A stretch of 58,279 nucleotides of DNA, taken from positions 1 to 58,279 of the forward strand of contig JAZLBY010000065.1 of NCBI GenBank assembly GCA_045613965.1. The letters run 5' to 3'. Both the position numbers and the translations under genes were made by a program. Origin of the DNA: Candidatus Scatovivens sp. Its GTDB lineage: Bacteria; Bacillota; Clostridia; TANB77; CAG-508. Each line of letters begins with the position of its first letter. Position 1 is the first letter of the stretch. The notes under the pieces are model-generated. The model was given only the letters and a program-made list of their open reading frames with translations. It was not told the origin of the DNA and did no database searches. Of the stretch, positions 36,075 through 43,382 are shown piece by piece.

Positions 36075-36311
36075 ATGTTAGAACAAAACAACGCGACTAC
36101 TTACGAGGTAACCCTGGCAACTTGTCCCAAATGTGGTGCAACATGTGTTGAAGGCCATGATAACGATGGTCAGATCATGTGTGCAGCCTGCGGATTGTCT
36201 TTTATGCCTAAGGAAACGAAGGCTATCAGCGACGCAGAGTACAGACAGATGTCCAAGGAAGCAACTCAGAGATTTGACCGCGGTGGATGGACAGCTTTCA
36301 TTGTTAAGTAA
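36075..36311 (+). CDS. small zinc-ribbon protein (CxxC-N15-CxxC), compositionally foreign
   Basis: RBS aaggaggg upstream. 78 aa with C17xxC20 ... C36xxC39 plus C24. My hand count is 110 G+C in 237 nt (about 46%). Confidence 0.65.
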   Translation: MLEQNNATTYEVTLATCPKCGATCVEGHDNDGQIMCAACGLSFMPKETKAISDAEYRQMSKEATQRFDRGGWTAFIVK

Positions 36312-36338
36312 TTTAGATTCCCAAAAAACACAAAACGG

Positions 36339-36363
36339 CCAGAAGAGACTGCTCTTCTGGTTT
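36339..36363 (+). terminator. GC-rich hairpin after the small zinc-ribbon gene (weak U-tract)
   Basis: Stem ccagaagag/ctcttctgg with loop actg, followed by TTTgtgcaTTTT. Confidence 0.5.
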
Positions 36364-36380
36364 GTGCATTTTATGAGAAG

Positions 36381-36409
36381 TTGAAAAAATCTTGAAAATG
36401 TAGTATAAT
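36381..36409 (+). promoter_or_regulatory. promoter (TTGAAA-17 nt-TATAAT)
   Basis: -35 at 36381-36386. -10 at 36404-36409. Confidence 0.6.
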
Positions 36410-36441
36410 ATAAGAAGATTTAATTATAAAGGAGTTAATAT

Positions 36442-36981
36442 ATGACAAACGAACAATTATTATTAACTGAAAATATTTTAATTGATGCTGTAAAAGCATT
36501 TCATGATTTAGATGATAAGCAAAAAAGAGAAGAGTATGTAAGAGAATATACACTAGAATTTTGTAAGGAACATAAAATAGACCCAAAAGAAGCTATAGAC
36601 GTTTTAAATAAATATTTTGAAAGAAGAAGAAAAGATGACACTCTGTTTAATTTTGAACACTATAAAGGTAAAAAGACTTTGGAAAAAATAATTCTTTCAG
36701 ATAAATTAAGTGATAGTAAAGTGGCATTAATTGAAGCGGATTTAATTAATGCAATTAGAGCATTTCATGAAATATCAGATCCTGAAGAAAGAAGTAAAGC
36801 TATTAAAGAATATACATCGACATTTTGTGAAGAGAATGATGTTAAACCAGAACAAGTTCTTCCAATTGTAAAGAAATTCTTTAAAGAGCAAGCAAAGAGA
36901 AATACAATGTTTAAATATGAACATTATCAAGGAAAAGATACATTAGATAAACTAATGTTACCAGAAAAAGATGAAAGATAA
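36442..36981 (+). CDS. hypothetical protein made of two tandem ~83-aa repeats
   Basis: RBS aaaggag upstream. Residues 6-88 and 94-176 align without gaps, sharing A(F)H..D...EYT..FC.E...P....K.F......T.F..EHY.GK.TL.K..L. G+C is native-like and low (24 of the first 100 nt). Confidence 0.7.
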   Translation: MTNEQLLLTENILIDAVKAFHDLDDKQKREEYVREYTLEFCKEHKIDPKEAIDVLNKYFERRRKDDTLFNFEHYKGKKTLEKIILSDKLSDSKVALIEADLINAIRAFHEISDPEERSKAIKEYTSTFCEENDVKPEQVLPIVKKFFKEQAKRNTMFKYEHYQGKDTLDKLMLPEKDER

Positions 36982-36995
36982 TAATATTATAGAGT

Positions 36996-37028
36996 AAGAA
37001 AGGTTTTATGGACCTTTCTTATTTTTTT
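36996..37028 (+). terminator. intrinsic terminator
   Basis: Stem aagaaaggt/acctttctt is followed by aTTTTTTT. Confidence 0.8.
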
Positions 37029-37037
37029 GTAAATAAG

Positions 37038-37066
37038 TTGACATAAGTAAATAAAAGTAGTAATAT
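37038..37066 (+). promoter_or_regulatory. promoter (TTGACA-17 nt-TAATAT)
   Basis: -35 at 37038-37043. -10 at 37061-37066. Hairpin TAGGG-gtaatat-CCCTA at 37072-37088 sits at the predicted 5' end of the transcript. Confidence 0.6.
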
Positions 37067-37117
37067 GAACTTAGGGGTAATATCCCTATAGAATATATAA
37101 GCGTGAGGTAATTGGCC

Positions 37118-37342
37118 ATGAAGACGAACTGGGAAAAGATCATCGAGGAATGCAACCAGGAATGTCAATCTTGTCGTGAAGACTTTGAGAAAGCGGGTGT
37201 AGACTTTTCACACACAATGTGTCGAGGGTGCGCCAACGGTCACAAACTTCATAACGCGCTATGTCGGGTAAGTCCAGCTGAGAAGGCTTGGGGAAACCTT
37301 GACTGGAATTCAAGTAGGTACGAGAACTATTACAATGGATAA
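37118..37342 (+). CDS. small Cys-rich protein (CxxxCxxC-N15-CxxC...C), compositionally foreign
   Basis: The ATG at 37118 follows gtgagg; the ORF-track start at 37112 is a TTG. 74 aa with 6 Cys. My hand count is 103 G+C in 225 nt (about 46%). Confidence 0.6.
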   Translation: MKTNWEKIIEECNQECQSCREDFEKAGVDFSHTMCRGCANGHKLHNALCRVSPAEKAWGNLDWNSSRYENYYNG

Positions 37343-37361
37343 GTGCCAGTAACTTGAATGG

Positions 37362-37405
37362 AAAGCAGAACACAAAAGTCTAGTATTTTGTAGTCTGCTT
37401 TTTTT
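37362..37405 (+). terminator. intrinsic terminator (long interrupted stem)
   Basis: Outer stem aaagcaga/tctgcttt and inner stem acaaaa/ttttgt, followed by TTTTTT. Confidence 0.7.
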
Positions 37406-37495
37406 CATGTCAATTTTATGACATTGTTGAAAAAAATTTTTATTAGTAATAAAATTAAATTGTAAAATTTTTACAATTTTGGAGGCAAAAAATAA

Positions 37496-38380
37496 ATGAT
37501 TGACTTACATATACATACACATTATTCTGATGGAACAGATGGTGTAGTTGAATTATTAAAGAAAGCAGAAAGCTTAGAACTTGAATGTATTTCTATTACA
37601 GACCATGATAATTGTAGAGCATATAAAGAATTAGAAAATATAAATATTAAAGATTATTATTCAGGGAAATTAATTAATGGTATAGAAATAAAATGTGCTT
37701 TTAGAGGTAGACTTATAGAAGTATTAGGTTATGATTATGATCTAAATAAAATGAATGCTTGGATAGATGAATACTATAAAGATAAACAAAGAAAAGATTT
37801 ACAATTAAAATATTTTAATCATTTATATGATGCTTGTATAAAAAAAGGTTTAGATATGATGCCTAAAGAAAAATGGATATGGAATCCAGAAAATGATTGG
37901 GCAAGTGTAGAAATTTATAAGAATATAAAATTGTATCCTGAAAATCAAAGTAAATTACCAGAAGATCTATGGGAAGATTTTACAACATTTTCAAAAAAAT
38001 ATTGTGCAGATTTAAATGATGCTTTTTATATAGATAAATCAAAGGATTATCCAACAGTAGAAGAAGCTATTAATGCTATAAAAGATGCAGGCGGTAAAGT
38101 GTTAGTTGCTCATGTATTTATTTATAAATGGGCAGAAGATAAAGAAGCTTTAGTTAAAGAACTACATGAAAACTTTGATATAGATGGATTTGAATGTTAT
38201 CATAGTAATTTTTCAAATGAACAAATTGAATACATATTAGAATATTGCAATAATAATGGTTTATTAAAAAGTGGTGGAAGTGATTATCATGGTAAAAATA
38301 AACCAGGAATTGAGTTAAAAGTTGGTAAAGGAAATTTAGAAATTCCAAGAGATATTATTAAAAATTGGGAAAAAATGTAA
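37496..38380 (+). CDS. PHP-domain metal-dependent phosphoesterase
   Basis: Motifs MIDLHIHTHYSDGT, SITDHDN, VAHVF and GGSDYHG. Confidence 0.8.
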   Translation: MIDLHIHTHYSDGTDGVVELLKKAESLELECISITDHDNCRAYKELENINIKDYYSGKLINGIEIKCAFRGRLIEVLGYDYDLNKMNAWIDEYYKDKQRKDLQLKYFNHLYDACIKKGLDMMPKEKWIWNPENDWASVEIYKNIKLYPENQSKLPEDLWEDFTTFSKKYCADLNDAFYIDKSKDYPTVEEAINAIKDAGGKVLVAHVFIYKWAEDKEALVKELHENFDIDGFECYHSNFSNEQIEYILEYCNNNGLLKSGGSDYHGKNKPGIELKVGKGNLEIPRDIIKNWEKM

Positions 38381-38394
38381 AAATTTAAATTTTT

Positions 38395-38400
38395 TGAAAC
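38395..38400 (+). promoter_or_regulatory. candidate ECF-type -35 element TGAAAC upstream of the sigma factor gene
   Basis: TGAAAC lies 45 nt before the ATG. I could not assign a convincing CGT-type -10, so this is weak. Confidence 0.25.
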
Positions 38401-38445
38401 CAAATGGTGTTTTGAATTGTATTAATAGTAGATGGGAGGATTGTT

Positions 38446-38922
38446 ATGCAAAAAGAAGACTATTTAAAAGAAATAATTGATAAATATTCTGATATGGTAT
38501 ATAGAGTTGCACTTACTAGATGCGGAAACGTAGAAAATGCAGAAGATGTATTTCAAACTGTTTTTATGAAATTAAGTGAAAAGATGCCTAAATTTAAATC
38601 TGAAGAACATACAAAAGCTTGGCTTATAAAAGTAGCTATAAATTGTTCAAAAAATATTAATACTTCATATTGGAATAAAAAAGTTGTTACATTAGATGAA
38701 AATATTGAATTTGAAACAAAAGAGGAATCGAATGTTTTTTCAATAGTTTGCGAACTGCCTCAAAATTATAAGACAGTAATATATTTATTTTACTATGAAG
38801 GCTACAAAGTAAATGAAATTGCAAAACTTATGAGTAGTACAGAAGGTACAATAAAAACATGGCTATATAGAGCTAGAGAAGTTTTAAAAACTAAATTAGA
38901 AGGAGGATTTGAAAATGAATAA
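38446..38922 (+). CDS. ECF (sigma-70 family group IV) RNA polymerase sigma factor
   Basis: Region 2 VYRVALTRCGNVENAEDVFQTVFMKL. Region 4 HTH YEGYKVNEIAKLMSSTEGTIKTWLYRAREVLK. Confidence 0.85.
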   Translation: MQKEDYLKEIIDKYSDMVYRVALTRCGNVENAEDVFQTVFMKLSEKMPKFKSEEHTKAWLIKVAINCSKNINTSYWNKKVVTLDENIEFETKEESNVFSIVCELPQNYKTVIYLFYYEGYKVNEIAKLMSSTEGTIKTWLYRAREVLKTKLEGGFENE

Positions 38923-40969
38923 TAAAGAAAACTATAAAAAAGCTTTTGATAACATTCATGCTCCAGAAAGATTAAAAAGAGAAACTTTAGAAAAAGCAAT
39001 TAATGCAAAGAAAATTTCAAAAATTAAATATATGAAAGTTTTATCATGTGTTGCAGTAGTTGCTATAATTTGTACAGTAGGATTAATGAATAGAAAAGTT
39101 ACTTTAGATCCTGGTGTTCAAATTGCAGTTAGTGAAACTGGAATTAAATATTCAGAAACAGATTTACCTAAATTTAAAAATATTCAAGAATTGAGAAGTG
39201 CATTAAATGAATCTGAAAATATTTACTTTAATTCTGGATTAAATGGTGGTTTAGTATTTGATGCAATGGCTTCAGATAGCGTAATGCAATCTGCTGGTTC
39301 TGAATTAAAAGATGCAGTAGCATCTCAAAATAAACAAGAAGTAGCTGTAGGAGATTTATCTGGAAATAGAGATTTTTCTACTACAAATAATCAAGTTGCT
39401 AATGTTGATGAAGCAGATATTGTAAAAACAGATGGTGATTATATTTATTATGTTGCAAATAATAAAGTATATATAGCAGGGGCTAACAAACTTGATCTAT
39501 TATCAACAATTGATATTACTGAAAATAGAGAAGAAAGATTTTATCCAACAGAAATATTTATAAATAAAGATAAATTAGTTGTACTTGGTACACATTACAT
39601 TTATGAATATGAAGAAAATATATTAAAAGAAGAATATTATGATTATGGATATTATTCATCTAGTAAATCTAGAACTAAAGTAATGGTTTACAATATGGAT
39701 GATAAAAAAGATTTAAAACTTGAAAGAGAAGTTGCTTTAGATGGTAATTATGTTCAAGCTAGAATGATAGATGATAATGTATATTTCATTAGTAGAAAAT
39801 CAATCAGATACTATAGAACAATGAAAGATGTTGAATTATTACCAGTTGTTTGGGATAGCGTTGTTGGAACAAAAGATATAGTAATTGATTGTAATAGAAT
39901 TATTTATTTCCCAGAAAATAAAACAAACACATATATGATGGTCGGTGGATTTAATATTAACTCTAATGAGGAAATGTGTGTAGAAACATTCTATGGTGCA
40001 GGAAATGAAGTTTATGCAAGTGAAAATAATCTTTATATAACAAAACAAATATATGATAATGATTTAACAGATAGAAAAACAACAATTTATAAATTTAATT
40101 TAGATAATGGAACTTTAAAATTAGATACAACTGGAGAAGTAAAAGGATTCTTAAATAATCAATTCTCAATGGATGAATATGAAGGTAATTTAAGACTTGC
40201 TACTACAGTGTATATTGATGAAGAAGTTAGAAAAGAACTAAAAGATACAAGAACAGGTGCTATAAGTGTAGTGATTGATAATCAAAGAATTACAGCAAAT
40301 AACTTGTATGTATTAAATGAGAAATTAGAAGTAATTGGTAAAATCGAAGATTTAGCAAAAGATGAAAAAATATATTCAGCTAGATTTGTAGGTGACAAAG
40401 GATATGTTGTAACATTCAAACAAATAGATCCATTATTTGTAATAGATTTATCTAATCCAAACAATCCAGAAGTTAAAGGCGCTTTAAAAATACCTGGATA
40501 TAGTTCATATTTACATCCATATGATGACAATCATATTATTGGAATTGGATATAATACAAAAACAAATAAATATGGTAATACAACAAATACAAACATGAAA
40601 ATGGCTATGTTTGATGTATCAGACTTAGAAAATCCAAAAGAAATATTCTCAGTTGATATTGGTGATGAAAAAGGATATGTATCTTCAGATATAAGTTATA
40701 ATCATAAAGCATTGTTCTATAATAAAACTAAAAATTTAATTGGATTCCCATTAAGAGAATCTTCACAATCAGGAATTGTTATCTACAAAATTAATTTAGA
40801 AAATGGTTCTTTTGATGATTATGGAAAAATAATGTATACAAATAGATACTCTGATGAAATTCAAAGAATGATTTATATTAAAGATGTTTTATATACACTT
40901 TCAAGAGATGAAATTGAATCTTTTGATTTAATTACATTTGAAAAATTAAATGAACTTGAATTAGATTAA
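38915..40969 (+). CDS. putative anti-sigma factor fused to a large extracytoplasmic beta-propeller domain
   Basis: The ATG at 38915 follows aggagg and overlaps the sigma gene by 8 nt. A short cytoplasmic N-terminus is followed by TM VLSCVAVVAIICTVGLM. I recognise motifs of the secreted beta-propeller family (TNNQVANVDEADIVKTDGDYIYYV, PGYSSYLHPYDDNHIIGIG). Confidence 0.7.
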   Translation: MNNKENYKKAFDNIHAPERLKRETLEKAINAKKISKIKYMKVLSCVAVVAIICTVGLMNRKVTLDPGVQIAVSETGIKYSETDLPKFKNIQELRSALNESENIYFNSGLNGGLVFDAMASDSVMQSAGSELKDAVASQNKQEVAVGDLSGNRDFSTTNNQVANVDEADIVKTDGDYIYYVANNKVYIAGANKLDLLSTIDITENREERFYPTEIFINKDKLVVLGTHYIYEYEENILKEEYYDYGYYSSSKSRTKVMVYNMDDKKDLKLEREVALDGNYVQARMIDDNVYFISRKSIRYYRTMKDVELLPVVWDSVVGTKDIVIDCNRIIYFPENKTNTYMMVGGFNINSNEEMCVETFYGAGNEVYASENNLYITKQIYDNDLTDRKTTIYKFNLDNGTLKLDTTGEVKGFLNNQFSMDEYEGNLRLATTVYIDEEVRKELKDTRTGAISVVIDNQRITANNLYVLNEKLEVIGKIEDLAKDEKIYSARFVGDKGYVVTFKQIDPLFVIDLSNPNNPEVKGALKIPGYSSYLHPYDDNHIIGIGYNTKTNKYGNTTNTNMKMAMFDVSDLENPKEIFSVDIGDEKGYVSSDISYNHKALFYNKTKNLIGFPLRESSQSGIVIYKINLENGSFDDYGKIMYTNRYSDEIQRMIYIKDVLYTLSRDEIESFDLITFEKLNELELD

Positions 40970-40985
40970 AAAAAGACTGGAAAAA

Positions 40986-41022
40986 AATGCCTATTCCGTA
41001 TATAATGGAAGGGGCATTTTTT
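40986..41022 (+). terminator. intrinsic terminator
   Basis: Interrupted stem atgcc..ttcc / ggaa.ggcat is followed by TTTTTT. Confidence 0.6.
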
Positions 41023-41113
41023 ATTTATTAATAAAACTTGACCGGTCAGTATAATGACACGACAAAAATTTATTGATATAAATATAGTGTCGATAGTTAC
41101 TAAGGAGGCCTTA

Positions 41114-42820
41114 ATGAGTAAAGAGAGAACTTTTTTAGAAATCAAAAATCTAAAAGATATGTTAAACAAGACGAAAGATTTATATGGAAAAAAGGCAGCT
41201 TTTAAATTAAAAGATGCTAATGGTAAATATAAAGAAATAACTCATAAAACAGTAAGAGAAGAGATAGATAAATTAGGAACAGCGCTATTAACGTTAGGAT
41301 TAAAAGGAAAAAGAGTAGCTGTAATAGGTGAAAATAGATATGAATGGGAAATTGCATACTTATCAGTAGTATGTGGCGTTGGAATTGTTGTTCCACTTGA
41401 TAAATCACTTCCAGAAAACGAATTAAAAAGAGTTATTGAAAGATCAGCTGTAGAAGCAGTTATCTTTTCAAATAAATATGAAGAATCACTAAAAAGAATA
41501 GTTATAGAGGGGACTGGAAAATTAAAACATTTAATTTCGATGGACTCTAAAACTCATGAAAATGGAATATATTCATTATCAGAACTTATAGCAATTGGTG
41601 ACGTTTTACTAAAAAACGGTAACAGAGAATATATAGATGCTGAAATTGATGAAAATGAAATGCAAATTATGCTATTTACTTCAGGAACAACATCAGAATC
41701 AAAAGTTGTTGCTTTAAGTCATAAAAATTTATGCGAAAACTTAATGGGGCTTGATAAAGTTCAAGAAGTAGATTCAAGCGATAGATTTTTATCTTTCTTA
41801 CCGATACATCACGTATTTGAATGTACAGTTGGATTTTTATATTCATTATATAAAGGTGCAAGAACATCTTTCTGTGATGGAATAAAACATATGCAAGAAA
41901 ATTATAAAGAATATGATATTACTTTTGCGGCATGTGTTCCAGCAATATTCGAAAGTATGTATAGAGGAATCTGGAAAAAGCTTGAAAAAGAAGGTAAAAA
42001 AGAAAAAGTTTTAAAACTTTTAGAAGAGCATAAAGATGCTAACATGGAAAAAAGAAGAAAAATATTTAAAGATGTACATGAAATGTTTGGTGGACGAATT
42101 AGAACTTTTATTACAGGTGCAGCAGCGATCGATAAATCAGTTGTAGCAGGATATAGAGATTTTGGTATTAATCTATGTCAAGGATATGGATTAACAGAAA
42201 CTTCGCCAATCGTTGCTATTGAAGGTGGAGATATTCACAAAATAGGATCAATTGGTAAGGTTATTCCTGGAGTGGAAGTTAAAATAGACGAACCAAATGA
42301 AGAAGGTGTTGGAGAACTTTTAGTAAAAGGGCCATCAGTAATGCTTGGTTATTACGGCAATGAAGAAGCTACAAACGAAGCTATTGTTGATGGATGGTTC
42401 CATACAGGAGATTTAGCATATATAGATGAAGAAGGATATATATTTATCAAAGGAAGAAAGAAAAGCGTTATTGTTCTAAAAAATGGTAAAAATATTTTCC
42501 CAGAAGAAATGGAAAATATCGTTAATAGAATAGAAGGTGTTAAAGAATCATTTATTTTTGGTAAATCAATAAAAAAAGAAGATCCAGATGACATTAAAAT
42601 ACATGTAAAAATTGTATATGATAAAACTGTTATGAAAATAGCTTATAAAACAGAAGATAAAGAAAAAATCCATGAAATTTTAAGTGATAAAATAAAAGAA
42701 ATTAACAATATAATGCCAGCATATAAATCTATAAGAGGAGTAGTTTTATCTGAAACTCCACTTATAAAAACCACAACTAACAAGATTAAAAGACAAGAGG
42801 AAATGAAAACAATTGAATAG
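41114..42820 (+). CDS. AMP-forming long-chain acyl-CoA (or acyl-ACP) synthetase, paralog 1
   Basis: The ATG at 41114 follows taaggagg. Motifs LFTSGTTSESK, GYGLTETSPIVA and GWFHTGDLAY. The C-terminus is KTTTNKIKRQEEMK. Confidence 0.85.
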   Translation: MSKERTFLEIKNLKDMLNKTKDLYGKKAAFKLKDANGKYKEITHKTVREEIDKLGTALLTLGLKGKRVAVIGENRYEWEIAYLSVVCGVGIVVPLDKSLPENELKRVIERSAVEAVIFSNKYEESLKRIVIEGTGKLKHLISMDSKTHENGIYSLSELIAIGDVLLKNGNREYIDAEIDENEMQIMLFTSGTTSESKVVALSHKNLCENLMGLDKVQEVDSSDRFLSFLPIHHVFECTVGFLYSLYKGARTSFCDGIKHMQENYKEYDITFAACVPAIFESMYRGIWKKLEKEGKKEKVLKLLEEHKDANMEKRRKIFKDVHEMFGGRIRTFITGAAAIDKSVVAGYRDFGINLCQGYGLTETSPIVAIEGGDIHKIGSIGKVIPGVEVKIDEPNEEGVGELLVKGPSVMLGYYGNEEATNEAIVDGWFHTGDLAYIDEEGYIFIKGRKKSVIVLKNGKNIFPEEMENIVNRIEGVKESFIFGKSIKKEDPDDIKIHVKIVYDKTVMKIAYKTEDKEKIHEILSDKIKEINNIMPAYKSIRGVVLSETPLIKTTTNKIKRQEEMKTIE

Positions 42821-43382
42821 TAAATGTATAGGAAAAAGAATGTTTTACTATAAATCTATAGATTCAACTCAAAAAGAAGTCTATAGAAGAATAGAAAATA
42901 AAGATATTCTTTCAGGTGATATAATAATTGCTGATATACAAACAAATGCAATTGGTACACATGGTCGACGTTGGTATACTGATACAGAAAATAATATTGC
43001 TTTTTCTCTATTTATAGAGTTAGGTGAAGAAGTAAAAATACTTGATGGTATAACAATCAGAATTGCCGAAATTTTGAAAGAAATATTTAAGGTAATATAC
43101 GATGTCGATTTAACAATTAAAGAACCAAATGATTTAATTTTAAATAGAAAAAAGATTGGCGGTATTTTAACCGAAACTAAAGTATGTGGTAACATTGTAA
43201 AATATATTGTTCTAGGAATAGGAATTAATACAAATCAATTAGTTTTTGATGAAAATATAGAAAAAATTGCAAGTTCTATAAAAAAAGAAACTAAAATAAT
43301 TATCGATAATAATAAAATAATATATGAATTTTTATATAGATTTGCAAAAGAAATCGATATTAGGATTGGAGAAAAACTATGA
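42813..43382 (+). CDS. birA: short biotin--protein ligase (group I, catalytic domain only)
   Basis: 189 aa. Motifs YYKSIDSTQ, QTNAIGTHGRRWYT (divergent GRGRxGRxW), KIGGILTE and LGIGINTN. No N-terminal HTH, and apparently no C-terminal SH3-like domain. Overlaps the upstream stop by 8 nt. Confidence 0.7.
   Translation: MNSKCIGKRMFYYKSIDSTQKEVYRRIENKDILSGDIIIADIQTNAIGTHGRRWYTDTENNIAFSLFIELGEEVKILDGITIRIAEILKEIFKVIYDVDLTIKEPNDLILNRKKIGGILTETKVCGNIVKYIVLGIGINTNQLVFDENIEKIASSIKKETKIIIDNNKIIYEFLYRFAKEIDIRIGEKL

Noticed and set aside
36133-36384. 83-aa + strand ORF overlapping the small zinc-ribbon gene in another frame. Similar overlapping ORFs occur in the other GC-rich patches: 11581-11814, 11897-12220, 13316-13546, 13919-14281 and 37140-37373.
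   Set aside because: Higher-GC DNA has fewer stop codons, so spurious alternative-frame ORFs are expected. These have no RBS and run through the terminator hairpins.
41038-41055. TTGACC (41038-41043) plus TATAAT (41050-41055) read as a -35/-10 promoter pair.
   Set aside because: The spacer is only 6 nt, which is incompatible with a sigma-A promoter. The TTGACC is better explained as half of the TGACCGGTCA palindrome sitting just upstream of the -10.
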